Source of the DNA: Scenedesmus sp. PABB004
Lineage: Eukaryota
Reading direction: 5' to 3'
Length of the DNA: 64,000 bases
Assembly: GCA_014905635.1 (NCBI GenBank)
Contig: JABVCE010000025.1
Location: 434,001 to 498,000, forward strand
Part shown: one piece after another, positions 46,218 through 58,747 of the stretch
Position numbering within the stretch: position 1 is the first letter of the stretch
How the letters are laid out: each line of letters opens with the position of its first letter
Program-made: the position numbers and the translations under genes
Notes under the pieces: model-generated
The model's database searches: none
Told to the model about the DNA's origin: nothing
What the model saw: only the letters and a program-made list of their open reading frames with translations

Positions 46218-46699
46218 CGCGCCGGCGCGCGCGCGGCGCGGCCGGGGGCCCGGCCGTTGCCGCCCCGCCGCCGCGCACGCGGCGCTGCGGTTGCGGTTGC
46301 GCGGCGCCCGCCGCCGGGGCGCACGCCCGGCGACGATCGCGCCGCGGCGCCGCCCCGCGGCCGGGGCCCGGCGGCGAGCGCCGGCCGGCGCGGCTGCCGG
46401 CGGCCGGCGGCCGGCGCGGGGCGCCCGGGGCGCCGCGCTGGCGGCGGCGCGCCGCGCGCGGCGCGTGGACCGCGGCGCCGCTGCTCCGCTGCTCCGGCGG
46501 GCTGCTGCCCTCCGCGCGGCGCCGGCACGGCCGCCTCTCAGCGTCGCAGCGGGCCAGGCGAGAGCGGGAGCGAGCGCAGGAGGTGGAGCGCGAGGCCAGC
46601 TGCTGCTGCCGGGCCTGCCTGCGCGTGGTCCTCGAGTCGATGATCCCGTCTTTCTGCTTCCTCGCCCCAGGGTCGTTTTCGGCTCCCTTGAGCCGAGCG

Positions 46700-46876
46700 G
46701 GGTTTAAGGCATCGGCCTGCGCCGCGCTGCTCGCGGGGGCCACCCCCGCGCCCGCGCACCGCCTCTCCCCTTTCCGCGGAGGCCCCGCCGGTTCCTGAGA
46801 GGTGCGGGCGCGCTCCGGGGCCGGCGCAGCGCGGCGCGCCGGCCGCCGGCGCGAGCGCCCCCGGGCCGCGCCGCAG
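46700..46876 (+). promoter_or_regulatory. RPL23 promoter / 5'-TOP-like pyrimidine tract and 5'UTR intron
   Basis: TTTAAG at ~46703, CCTCTCCCCTTTCC at ~46762-46775, and a GT(46802)...AG(46876) intron just upstream of the ATG, as is typical of ribosomal protein genes. Confidence 0.5.
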
Positions 46877-46885
46877 GTCGCCACC

Positions 46886-47755
46886 ATGAGCAAACGGGGG
46901 CGCGGCGGCACGTCCGGCAACAAGTTCTCCATGTCCCTGGGTCTGCCCGTGGCCGCGGTGATGAACTGCGCCGACAACACGGGCGCCAAGAACCTGTACA
47001 TTATCAGCGTCTGCGGCTGGGGCAGCAGGCTCAACCGCCTGCCCGCCGGCGGCCCGGGCGACATGGTGATGGCCACGGTCAAGAAGGGCAAGCCCGACCT
47101 GCGCAAGAAGGGTGCGCGCCGCCGGGCGCGGGGGATCTCCGCGCCGGCCGCCGCGCCGCCGCCGGCGCGCACGGGGCACGCGCGGGCCCCGCGGCGCGCG
47201 CGGCGCACGGGCACGGCTTCGGGGCGGCCGTGGGCCGCCGTACAGCCGCGGGGGCGGCCCGCGCCGCCGCCGCGCGGCCGCCGCGCGACGCCGCTGCTGC
47301 CGCGGCCGCCGCCGCGCCGCAGTGACCCCCGCGGTCATCGTGCGCCAGCGCAAGCCCTGGAGGAGGAAGGAGGGCACCTACATCTACTTCGAGGACAACG
47401 CGGGCGTCATCGTCAACCCCAAGGGCGAGATGAAGGGTGCGCAGTGGCGGCGGCGGCGGCGGCAGCGGCGGCGACGGGGGTGGCGACGGGGGCGGCAGTG
47501 GCGGCGGCGAAAACGGTGGTGGCAGTGGCAGTGGCAGCAGCGGCAGCAATTGCGGCAGCGGCAGCGCCAGCAGCGGTCAGCGCGGCCGCGGCGTCGTGGC
47601 CAGCAGCGCTGCGCGCGCGCCGGCTGCGCTCGCCTCACCCCCCCCCCCCCTCGCCCGCGCGTGCCACGCCAGGCTCTGCCATCACCGGCCCGGTGGCCAA
47701 GGAGTGCGCCGACCTGTGGCCGCGCATTGCCAGCGCCGCCAACAGCATCGTGTAG
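46886..47755 (+). CDS. RPL23: 60S ribosomal protein L23 (uL14)
   Basis: Exons 46886-47111, 47323-47436, 47673-47755. [38 protein letters not shown]...[42 protein letters not shown] at 47973-47977. Confidence 0.98.
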   Translation: MSKRGRGGTSGNKFSMSLGLPVAAVMNCADNTGAKNLYIISVCGWGSRLNRLPAGGPGDMVMATVKKGKPDLRKKGARRRARGISAPAAAPPPARTGHARAPRRARRTGTASGRPWAAVQPRGRPAPPPRGRRATPLLPRPPPRRSDPRGHRAPAQALEEEGGHLHLLRGQRGRHRQPQGRDEGCAVAAAAAAAAATGVATGAAVAAAKTVVAVAVAAAAAIAAAAAPAAVSAAAASWPAALRARRLRSPHPPPPSPARATPGSAITGPVAKECADLWPRIASAANSIV

Positions 47756-48188
47756 AGAGGTGCGCGGCGGCGGCCACGGCAGGGGCTGCGACGCGGCGCG
47801 CGCACGCCGCGCTGCGCCTCGCCGCGCCCCGCCGCCTGCGCCCTGACGCCCGCCATCCGGCGCCGCCGCCGCCCGCAGCCCACCACCAGCGGGCAGATGC
47901 GCTGCAGCAGCAGTCGCAGGCGATGCGGACGGCTTGGGTTGCCTCTGCCCGGGCCGACACGTGCCGCCCACGTGTAACCGGCTCGGGCGCTCTGTGTCCC
48001 CGGCTGTTTCGCGCGCACGCATGCAGCAGCGATGCTGGCAGCGAGGACTGGCCGCGGCAGCGCCTGCGGCTGACCGCCGCCGCCAGCAGCAGCGAGGCGC
48101 GGCGCAGACCAGGCGGCGAGTGGCGGCCGAGCAAGGATTACCGGCATCGCCGCCGCTTCCGCTCGCGCGGCCCGCGCGCCGCCCCCGG

Positions 48189-49519
48189 TCAGTGCTTGGG
48201 CCGGCGCTTGGCGGGCGTCTTGCGCGGCAGCTCGGTCTTGCGCTTCTTGTGCTTGACCCAGCGCTGCGCCTCCTCCTGCAGCGCGCCGTAGCGCTTCTTG
48301 CGCGTCGCGTTGAGCTCCTGGTCCGCGAGCAGCTGCTCGGTCAGCGTCGCCTTGCGCTGCCCCGCCGTGAGGCGACCGCCGTAAAAGTCGAGCGGGTCGT
48401 CCACCACCGTGCCGACCTGGCGCGCACGCAGCGGCGCAGCGCGGGGTGACGACCCGGGCGGCGCCAGGGGCGGCCGCAACACCGTCGCGCGCGCCGCCGC
48501 GCCCCCTCTCCCCGGCGAGCCCCCCGTGCGCGCCCCCGCGCACGCGGTTCAGCCGGCCGCACCGCAAAGTGCTTGGGGAACTTGGTGTCGTCAAAGGAGC
48601 GGTAGAAGCGCTTGGGGTCGTAGGCGCCGCGCAGGCGCAGCAGGCGCAGGTCGCGCTTCACGTCGTCGGTGATCGCCACCGCCGGCAGCCCGTACCACGC
48701 CGGCCCCGCGCTCGCCGGCGCGGCGCCGCGCGCGGCCTTGGCCGCGGCCCGCGGGTCCAGCGTCGGCGCGCGCACGTGCTTGGCCAGGCCGGCGGCGGGC
48801 GGCGCCGCGACCGCGACCGCGGGCGGCGCGGCGCCGCCGGGCGGCGGGAGCACCGTGGGCCCCGCGACGGGCTGCCGCTTGCGCTGCGCCGGCCGCGCCG
48901 CCGCCGCGGACGCCAGCACCGCGCCAGCACGTGGCGGCAGCGGCAGCCCCGTGTCGGGCCGCCAGCGCAGCCGCGCCAGCGCCTCGTCGTCGTCGCTGCC
49001 CGCGCCGGCGGCCAAGGCGGGCGCGTCGCGGCGCCGCGCGCCGCCCTGCGCGCCCGCGCCGCCCAGCGCGGAGCGCATGGCGGCCGCAAGGCTCTGCAGC
49101 ATGTCGGGGCTGTCAAAGTCCCAGCCCTCGTCGCTGCCGTCGCTGTCGCTGCCGGCGGGCGGCGCCCGCGCTGGCGCGCGCGGCGCCGCCGGCCGCCGCC
49201 GCTGCTGCGGCTGGCTCGCGGCCGGCTGCGACGCCGCCGCCCGCTGCTGCTGCTCGTCCTGCTGCTCCTGACCCTGCTGTGCAGCAGCCGGCGCCGCCGG
49301 CGGCTCCTGCTGCGGGCTGGCCGCGCGCTCGGCCGCCGGCGCCGCCGCTGCCGGCTGCCCCCGCCGCGGCTGCTCCTCGGCTATAGCCGCCAGTCCCGCC
49401 GCGTTCGACGCCCTGGGCCGCCGGCTGGACACCTCCGCCTGCCCGGCGGGCTCGCCCGCGTCGTCGTGGGAGCTCGTGGCCGCCCCGGCCATCGACCGGC
49501 TGCGCCGCGTGGACACCAT
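48189..49519 (-). CDS. FCF2: Fcf2/DNTTIP2 pre-rRNA processing protein
   Basis: Exons ~49519-48563, 48416-48189. AGPAWYGLP..ITDDVKRDLRLLRLRGAYDPKRFY...FPKHFAVGTVVDDPLDFYGGRL...RKATLTEQLLAD. Confidence 0.9.
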
Positions 49520-49819
49520 GGCGCCCCGCCGCGTGCGCGGTCGCGCTGGCTCGCCGTCACCGTGGGCCGCGCCCGGGCGCGGCCGGCGGCGCTCTGGCGG
49601 CAGCGGCAGCAGCGGCGGCTGCTGTCGCGGGCGGCAGCGGCTTCGCGCGGCTGTGTGTGCCTGTGATTCGCCTGGGCACGGGTGCTCACTGACTTGGAGG
49701 GCGGCGGCGGAGTGAGCGGGCCACTGCCCGCGGCGGCAGGGCGCAGGGCGCAGGGCTCAGAGGAGCGAGCGGAGCGCTGCCACGCGTGCGACAGGTTGCC
49801 TCGCCCGCCGCGCCCCGCG

Positions 49820-51216
49820 TCAGCTGCGCCCCAGGCCCACGAGGGAGGTGAGCTTGATGTAGACGACCATCGCGCTGAAGATGACCGCGACGGCGAGCAG
49901 GATGAGCAGGGACTGGCAGAAGCTCACGCTGCCGGTCTTGTACTGCTCCTTCGCCTTGGCCGCGACCGACTGCGCGTTGGCGGTGCTCGACACCAGATGC
50001 GTCTCCGCGTCGTCCAGCAGCTTGCCCCGGTACCTGCGCGCGCGGCGCGACGGCGGCGGCGTGGGCGGCGCGCACACGGCGCTCGCCCGGAGCAGCCGCA
50101 AGCGGCGCGGCGGCGCGCACCGGATGGCGCTCTGCATCGCCAGCGTGCTGGCCTTGAGCTCCTGCCCCATGTCCAGCAGCTCCTCCGCCAGCTCCTCCTG
50201 CAGCCGCTGCTGCGTGCGCACGCGCTCCTGCGCGGCGCTGCTCAGGTTGAACCCCGGCGCCGCGCCGTCCGCGGCGCTGCCAGGGGCGGGCCTGCCGCCC
50301 CCAGCTGGGGCGGCACCGCCGCCGGGCGCCCTGCTGCTGCTGCTGCGGCCGCCGCCGCTGCCCCCCGCGTCCCGGCCGGCCGCCTGCTGCGCTAGCCTGC
50401 GCGTCAGCGGTGGCCCGCGCGGCGCGTGTGGCTCTCTCAGCCCGCCGCGGCCGCGCGGCCGCGCGCGTCGCCGCCGCGCGCAACGCTGCTGCGCACAGCG
50501 CTGCCGCGCGCAGCGCCACCGCGCGTGCCGCCGCTCACCGTGCGGCCGCGGAGGGCCCCCGCGCACCGCCCCCGCGTCGGCCGGCCCCGCGTCCGCCGCC
50601 GCGGCGCGGTCCGCTGCGCTGACGTGGCGGCAGAACGCGGGCAGCTCCGGCAGGCGCAGCTCGCCGGCCAGCGCGCGCACGTGCGTGGCGTATCGCGCGA
50701 GCACGTCCGGGGGCGGCCTGTGCGCGTGGGGTCGGCCGCGTCGGCGGTTGGCGGGCGGGGCGCGCGTGTGCCGGACGCCGAGGGGCGCCTGCGCGCGCAG
50801 GGCCGCTGGCTGGCGCCCGGCGCGGCGGCTCGCCTGTCTGCCGCGGCGCCGCTGTGCTCCAGGTCGTACAGGCGCTCCTGCAGCGCCTCCACCAGCTGCA
50901 GCGCGGGCGCGGGGGCGGGGGGAGGGTCGTGTGTGGTGGGAGCGAGGGCGCATGTGCGCGCGCCGCGACCGTCTGCGCCGCGAGCGCCGCCGCCGCGCAC
51001 CGCGGCGAAGCGCGGGTCGGCGCGCCAGTCGCCGTCGCCGGCGGGCTGCTGCGGGGGCGCCGCCGCGCGCGCCTCGCAGCGCGCGAGCATGCGGCGGAAC
51101 AGCACCTCCGCCGCGCCCGCGCCCGGCGGCGGCAGCGGCGGCCCCCGCGCGGCGCCGCCGTCGGCGCCGCCGTCGGCCCCCGGCACCGCCGCCGGCGGCA
51201 GGGCGTCCACCGCCAT
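49820..51216 (-). CDS. USE1: ER SNARE USE1-like protein
   Basis: About 5 exons. EVLFRRMLARCE N-terminus, SNARE helix QQRLQEELAEELLDMGQELKASTLAMQSAI, and C-terminal TM LLILLAVAVIFSAMVVYIKL. Confidence 0.8.
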
Positions 51217-51547
51217 GCGCGGCAGCGCGGACGCGGGTCGCGGCGCAGCAGCAGCGGCGGGCCGGCAGCGGCGGCGAGCGGCGCGCGGGCGTGCGCTCTT
51301 GATCGCCGGGCCGCTGAGTGGGAGCGTGGGGCAGGACTGCGGGATTGGGGCGCTGCGCGTGGGCGCTTGTTACGGGCGCCTTTCGGCAAACCGCGGGCTC
51401 TGCTGTTCTCGCCCCTTCCCACGCTCGCCTCGCAGCGCCCGAGACACAGCCACCGCGCCCGGCACGCCCCGGCGCCCGGCGCTGCCCCGCGCAACGCAGC
51501 GTGCTACCTCAACGAGCCGAGCGACGCGTCCAGGCTCCCCCAGTGCC

Positions 51548-52521
51548 ATGGCTTGCGCCACCGCCACCCAGCGCTGCCTCTGTCGCCCCTGCGCCGCGCC
51601 CGCCCTCGCGGCGCGGCCAGCGGCGCTGCGGCGGGCCCGCTGCGCCGGGGCCCGCCCCGCGCCCGCCACGGCGGCAGCGAGGATGCCCCACCTGACGCTG
51701 GACGGAGCGCCCCGCGGCTCGCTCGACCCGGAGGCGGCCTCGCGGGCGAAGCAGCAGGCCGCGGGCGGCGGCGGCTGGGCGGCGGGCGTGGTGCTCACGG
51801 TCACAAGGTGCGCCGCCGCCACCGCTGGCCGGTCCGCGCCGGCAGCAGCAGCAGCCGCGGGCAGCGGCATCCCTCACAGCAGCGGCGGCGGCGGCGGCGG
51901 TGCCAGCCGCCGAGCAGCGGCGCTGCTGCCGGCCTCCTCAGCCTCACGCGCGCCCCGCCGCCCCCGCCGCCGCCGCCGCAGCCCGGAGCACTTTGACGGC
52001 GTGCTCGCGGCGCACCCCGACCGCCTGGCCGTGCTGATGTGCAAGAGCCACAGCTGCCGGCCGTGCAAGATGTTCACGCGCAAGTACCTGGCCGTGGTGC
52101 GCGGCGCCGCGGCGCGGCGGGACGCGCAGCGGGGCAGGACCCGCAGCGGGGCGGGGCGCGCCCGCCCGCAGCCGACACCCCCCCCCCCTCCGGTCCCCTC
52201 GCGCAGGCGGAGAAGTTCCCCGAGGTTGTGGTGGCGGAGGTGTTTGGCGACGACTCGCCGGAGCTGCGCAAGATGATGATCGGCCTGGGCGTCAAGGTCA
52301 CGCCCACGTTCCGGCTCTACCGCGGCGGCGAGTGCGTCGACGTCGTGACGGGGACGAACGACAAGAAGCTCGTCGCCGCGCTGCTCGCGCGCCTCGCGCC
52401 CGCGGAGCTCGCCAACCACGCGGCCGAGGTCGCGGAGGCCGCCGCAGCCGCGGCGGAGGAGGCCGCCGCCGCCGCCGCCGCCGCGGCCGCCGAGGCCGCG
52501 GCCGAGGCCGCGGCTGCGTGA
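51548..52521 (+). CDS. Plastid thioredoxin-like protein (SCRPC active site)
   Basis: Exons ~51548-51808, 51981-52096, 52207-52521. Transit-like N-terminus; LAVLMCKSHSCRPCKMF, LGVKVTPTFRLYRGGECVDVVTG. Confidence 0.85.
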
Positions 52522-53451
52522 GCCCGCAGCCGCGGCGCGCGGCGTGCGTGCGTGCGACGCGCCCACGCGCGGCGGCCCGCCCTGAGCGCGGCGCGGCCGC
52601 GCGCAGACGCTGCTAGTTTGCATGAAGCGGCGGCCCCTCCCCCGCAGCTGGGCGGCGGGCGCGCTTCGCCATACACACACACACACACACACGTGCGCAC
52701 ACGCACTCGCGCGCAGGCAGCGTGACCGCAGACACTTGTCTTTGGCCGGCGGGCACCTGAGATACGGTGCCCGCCCCTCACTTTGCAGCTGGGAGCCCCG
52801 GCGGCTCCCGAATCAAACGCAGCCGCGCTGTCTGCAGGGAAAGGCGCGCGGCCTGGCGTGTCGTTGGTGGCGGCGCTGCCCGGGCCATGCAGCCATGGCA
52901 GCTCGCAGGGAGACGGACGGGGCAGCGGTCGGGGCGGGTCGGGGCGCGCGGGCGCGCCGCAGCGTTTTTTTGCCTCGGACGGCGGCGGCGGCGCGGGCCG
53001 ATTGGCGCCCGCGCGCGTCCCGCGGCGCACTCCGCGCTCGCCGCCCGCGCGCGCTGCCGCGCCGGCGCGGCGCTGCTGCGCTGCACGCCGGCTGCGCGCG
53101 TGTACACCATGGGGCGGCGGCGGCGGCCGCACTGCACTGCGTAGGTGAACAGCACACTGTGGAGGGGGGAGGGGGAGGGGAAAGGGCACTGGCGATTGCG
53201 CGCAGCCGCACAACAGTCGAGTCGAGCGGCTCGTGCGTGGCGCGGAGGGGGGAGGAAGGCAGGGAGGGTCCTGGGCGCGAGCGGCGGGGGGGGCGGCGGT
53301 GTCGCGGCACAGTGGTCGCGTTGTGCGGCCGGCGTTTGTGTGGCTGGCCAAATCCCGTTTTACCTTTCTTGCCCTTTTTCGTGTGTGCGCGCGCCGCCCG
53401 CGCGCGTGGCGCGGCTTGCCGGGGTGCTGACGGCGGGCGGCCGAGGCAGCG

Positions 53452-55739
53452 TTAACCTTGCTCCGACGGCCGCGCCTGCCCCTCGTCCGCAGCACCGCCG
53501 CTGTCGTCGTGCAGCACCGCCGCCTCTGCGCCCGCCTCTGCGCCCGCCTCGCCCACGAGCGCTGCGATGGCTGCCGCGAGCTCCTCGCGCTGCCGCAGGC
53601 GCCGCTGCTGCACCGCCTCGCCCGGCGGCGCCTGCAGCCCTGCCACCTCCGCGGCGGGCAGCGACTCCTGCTCCGCCGCCAGCAGCTGCCGGTGGCGCGC
53701 GATGCGCGGCGCCAGCGCCGCCATGCGCGCCTGCGGCGCGCGCGGACGTGGTCAGCCGCCGCCGCGCTGGGCCGCGCTGGGCCGCGCGCGCAGCCCCGCG
53801 CCGGGCGCACCTGGTGCAGCTGCATGAAGCCGTCGGCAAAGGCGCCGGGCATCCAGGCCGCCAGGATGCGCAGGCAGGCGGGCGCGTGCTGCGCCGCGTA
53901 GAAGCGCGCCCACGCCTCCTCGCCCTCCTCGCCGGTGCGGCCGCGCGCGTGCGCGAGCGCCGCACCGCGCGCGAGCGTGTCGATGGCTGCCAGGTCAGCG
54001 GGGTCCTGAAAGTACGCCGCCAGCTGCGCGGGGCGCGGGCCGGGCGGCGCGGCGCGGTGAGCGGGGCGCGCGCCGGCGGCGGCGGGGCGAGCCGGCTCCG
54101 CGGCTCGCGGCCGCACCTGCTCGTGCGCCCGCGCGGGGTCGGGGTGCGCCGGGTGCAGCGTCGCGGCAACGAGCAGCGGCAGCGGCGGCACGCCGCCGCC
54201 GCCCGGCGCGCGCCAGCTCGCTGCCAGCGCCTCGGCGACGCGCACCGCCTGCTCGTGCCCCGTGCCGGCGAGCCAGGGAAAGAGGTGTGGCAGCAAGCCG
54301 AGGTGGAACGCCAGCTTGAGCGCGCGCGGCCACGCGCCCGGCGCGCTGCCGTCCGCCTCGGCGCGATGCAGCTTGCGCAGCTCCAGCCAGATGCGGCGCG
54401 GCGGCTGGCCTGCGGCGCGGCGCGGGGGCTGCGGTCGGGCCCGCGGCGCACGGCGCACCGCCACAGCGTGCAGCGCACCGCCGCGGCGCCCCACCGCCGC
54501 CACTGCCTCACCGTGCGCCACCGAGCACAGGTGGGCGTGCTCGCGCAGCGCCGCCGCCGTCTCCGGCGCGAGGCGCAGCCCGCAGACCGTGACGATGCGC
54601 ACCGCGCGCAGCGCGCGCAGCGGGTCCTCCCTGCGGCGGCGGCGGTGGCAAGCGAGGGGGCGGCGGGCCCGCTCGCTCACGGACTGCGCCGTGCGGCTGC
54701 CGCGGGACGCGGGCACGCGCCGCGCACGCGCGCTCGCCTGAGGCGCCCCGCGCCGTCTGGCGGCGTGAGGCGCAGCACGCGGCGCCGCGCGTCGTCGACG
54801 CCGCCCACAAAGTCCAGCACGCTGCCGGCGAGGGGGTCGTAGTAGATGGCGTTGATTGTGAAGTCGCGCCGCCCTGGGGGTGGGCGGCGGCGCGGGCGGG
54901 CGCGGGTGGGCGGGCGGGCGCGGGTGGGCGCGCGCGGGACCCACCCAGGGCGCGCGAGCGGCGGCACGCGCGAGCGGCGAGCGCCGCCCGCCGCGGCGCA
55001 CGTGCGTCGCTGGCGACGCTGAAGAGGCTGGGCGCGCGGGAGATGCCGCGGAAGGTGCTCAGCTCCAGCACCTCGCCCTTGTGCGCCACCTTGACCGTGC
55101 TGCGCGGCAGCTCAATCACATGCCGGAACACAGCCTTGAGCTGCGCGCACGCGCCGCGGCGGCGGCGGCGGCGGCGTCACGCGCCGCGGCGGGCGCGGCG
55201 GGCGCGGCCGGCGCGGCGGCGGGCTCGCACCTGCGCGGGGTGCGCGTTGGTGGCGATGTCGATGTCGCTCGCGCGGCGCCCCAGGAACTTGTCGCGCACC
55301 CAGCCGCCGGCAATGAGGGCCTTGAAGCCACGCCCAGTCAGCCTGCGCCAGCGAGGGCCGGGCGGGCGCTGAGAGGGGCGCGCGCGCTTGTTTGCGCCGC
55401 GGCGCCGCTGCGTGGCGCGCTGCCGCCGGCCGTGGCAGCTCGCAGGGCTCACGTGCGGATGACCTCCTCCGCCTTGCCCAGCGCCTCCCGCTCCTCCTCG
55501 TCGGCGGCGTAGGCCGGCAGCGCGTGCCTGGTCACCGCGACCTCCGCGCCAGGCAGCCCGCCGCCGGGCGCGGCCGCGCCGTCGGCCGCGCCGCCGCTGC
55601 CGCTGGCCGCTGCGGTCGCGGCGCGCCGCGCGCGCCCGGGCGGCCAGCCGCCGCCGCTGCGCCAGGGGTTGGCAAGGCCCAGCGCCGCTGCCAGCTCGCA
55701 GCGGCTGCACAGCGGCGCCGCCGCTGCCTGCAGGCGCAT
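53452..55739 (-). CDS. Class II tRNA nucleotidyltransferase / poly(A) polymerase family protein
   Basis: About 9 exons. Motif A GFKALIAGGWVRD...DIDIAT, ELSTFR, motif B DARRRDFTINAIYYD, motif C DFVGGVDD, motif D REDPLRALRAVR, motif E RIWLELRKL. Confidence 0.9.
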
Positions 55740-56082
55740 CGCCGGCCGCCGCCGCCGCTGCCGCCCGCGCGGCGTCCCTGATCGTGCGTGCTGCGCAGCC
55801 GCCAGCACGGTGGGCCACGACAGCGAGGGTGGTGCACAGTGGGTGGCGCCTGGAGGGGCGCGAGAGCTTGGTCGCGCGCGGCGGCGCAGGCGCAGCAACG
55901 GCTCGTCGTGACGGCGGCCGCCGGGCTGCCCGGGGCTCCGCAGCGCCCGGGGGGCCGCCCTGTCGGCGCGCACACCCACCAGGACCCAGGCATCGCCACG
56001 CGCGCTGCGCCTCAGCCTTCCTCGCGGCTCCTCGCTGCTGCCTCCGCGAGCCAACCCGCCTAGCTCGGGGCGACGCGGCGCC

Positions 56083-58523
56083 ATGGCGGACGGCTGGGCG
56101 TCCGCCACGCCGCTGCGCAACAGCGACTTCAAGGCCCTGCTCGCCACGCCGCGGCCGGCGCACCTCGCGCCGCTGCAGCCGCGCGAGCGCCGCCCCAAGC
56201 CGGCGCGCGGCGAGGGCGGCGATGGCGAGAAGAAGGGCAAGTTCAAGAAGCCCGGGCCCCGCGGCCGGCCGGGCAAGCCGGGCAAGGAGGGCGACGCGGA
56301 GAAGGACGAGGGCCCGACGTACAGGTGTGGCAGCAGCGGCGCCGCGCGCCCATGCGGTGGCACGGCAGGACAACACAGCGCCTGTCGTCGGCGGCACGGG
56401 CGGCAGGCAGTGCCAGTGTTGGTGCAGCAGCAGTGGCGGCAGCGCCAGCGGCCGGCGGCGGCGGCAGCAGCAGCAGCAGCAGCAGCAGCAGCGGCGGCGC
56501 CGCCCCCGGCCGACGCCGCCACGCCGCGCCGCGCAGGGACCGCGCCAAGGAGCGGCGCGAGGGCGTGGACTTTGCGGAGCCCGAGGTGGAGCTGGCGGCG
56601 CGCGGCGTCGCGCCCGTGGCGCTGGCGAGCCTGAGCATCGAGCAGTCAAAGTTCCTCGGCGGCGACATCGAGCACACGCACCTCGTGAAGGGCCTGGACT
56701 ACGCGCTGCTCCACCACGTGCGCGCGCACGCCCGCGCGCGGCGCCTGCGGCGCGGCAGGCCGGCGGCCAGCCGCGGCGGCGGCGGCGGCAGCGGCAGGCG
56801 CTCCGCGGCGCGACGGCCCGCCCGCCCGCCCTGCCCCGCAGGAGCGCGCCAAGCTCGAGGCCGACAAGGCCAAGGCGGCCGAGGCGGCGGCGGCGGCCAA
56901 GGCGGCCGCGCTGCTGCCGCGCGGCGTCGCGGCCGAGGCGGCGCGCTTCACCACCGCGGCGGGGCGGGCGGTGTACGACGCACTCTTCCGCCCGCCGCCC
57001 GCCAACCGCGCGCTGCTGCGCGAGATGTTCCAGCCGCGGCGCACCGCGTTTGTGTTTGAGTTTGGCGACCTCGCGAGCGACGTGCCCACCACGCTGCGCC
57101 GCTCCAAGGCCGACTGCCCGCCGGTGCAGGTGCGGCGGCGGGCGCGGACGGCGGGCGCCGTCGCTGCGCCGCGCCTTGTTGGCGCCGGCGCCGCGCCGCC
57201 GCGCGCGCGCGATAAACGCCGCGCCCGCCGCGCTGCCCGCGCGGCAGGACCTGGTGTGCGCGGCGGACGACGGCGCTGTGCTTGAGCGCATCACCAAGAT
57301 CATGGCCTACCTCTCCGCCTCGGGCGCGGGGCGCCCGGGCAAGGCGGCGGCGCGCGACGCCGAGTACATCCGCGCGCTGCTCTCGGGCGCGACGCCGGGC
57401 GCGCCGGGCGACGCGCAGGTGCGCGCGCGCGCGCGCATGCCAGGTGGGGGGCGCGTGCGCGGCGGTGCGTGACGGTGCTGCTGCTGCTCACCGCGGCGAC
57501 GGCGCGCGCAGGTGCACGGGCAGCTGGTGATGAAGGGCCAGGCCGCCATCGCGCCCAGCGGCGGCAGCGGCGGCAGCGGCGGCGGCGCAGCGGGCGCTGC
57601 GGCGGCGGGCGCGGCGGCAGCGGGCGCGGCGGCGGCTGGCGCGGCGGACGGCGCGGCGGCCGGCGCAGCAGCGGCGGCGGCGGGGCCCAAGCCGGCCCCT
57701 GAGGACGACGACGACATCTTTGGCGAGGCGGGCACCGACTACGCGCCAGCGCTGCCCGCCAAGAAGGGCGACGCGGCGGCGCAGCAGCGGTGGGCCTGCG
57801 TCGCGGGGGCCCGCGCGCGCCGCTGCGGACGCGGCTCGCCGACCGCCCGCCCGCCGCCCGCGCCCCCCTGACCGCCCGCCCGCCCACCGCCCGCGCGCGC
57901 GCAGGCGGCCCGAGGGCGGGCTGTTTGCCAGCAACGAGCACGTCGCTGACCTGCGCGCGCCGCCGCCGGCACTGCCGGCCGACGTGCGCGGCGGCGAGGG
58001 CGAGGTGGACATGGACGTGGAGGAGGGCCAGCTGCCCGGCGCGCGGCGCACCACGGCGGCGGACGCGGCGGCCGCGGCGGCGGCCGCCGCGGCGGGCGTC
58101 TGGCAGCGGCCGGCCGAGGTGCCCAAGTGGCGCGTCGCGGCCAAGCCCGGCGCGGGCGGCGGCGGCGGCGCGGGCTTTGCGGACGAGGCGTACGCGGAGT
58201 GCTTCCCCAGCATGGCCGAGATGGCGGAGGACGACGAGGAGGGCGCGCCCGAGAAGCCCGGCGCGCCGGGCGCGGAGGGCGCGGACGGCGCGGACGGCGC
58301 CGCCGCCGGCGCGCTGGCCAAGGGCGGCAAGGGCAAGGCCAAGGCCAAGGCGGGCGGCATGGACGACGCGGAGCGCAAGCTCAACCAGAAGCTCAGCCGC
58401 GAGGTGCACCAGATGCAGGGCATCTTCAAGGAGAAGGGCTGGGGCAGCGAGGCAGCGTTCCGCAAGCCCGACAAGCTCGACGCCGTCACCGCGACGCCCG
58501 CGCGCAAGCGCCTGCGCCTCTGA
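56083..58523 (+). CDS. SMU2: RED/IK (SMU2) spliceosomal B-complex protein
   Basis: About 6 exons. NSDFKALLATPR, YRDRAKERREG, IEQSKFLGGDIEHTHLVKGLDYALL, EMFQPRRTAFVF, DVPTTLRRSKADCP, DDDIFGEAG.DY, YAECFP. TGTAA at 58580-58584. Confidence 0.92.
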
Positions 58524-58747
58524 GCTGGCGGCGGCGGCGGCGCGGCAGCCGCGGCGGCGCGCGCGCGCGGGCGCGTGCCTGTAAAGTAGCTGTACAGTTG
58601 GCTGGCGGGCGGGCCGGGGCTGCGATTTGGCGCGCCGCTGCCGCGGCACGCAGGAAACGCTGCGAGCCGCCGCGATCGCCGCGCTCCCTTGCCGCGACGC
58701 AATTGCCCTCGCGCGACGCCCGCGCAGCCTGTCTCAGCTGCGCCCGC

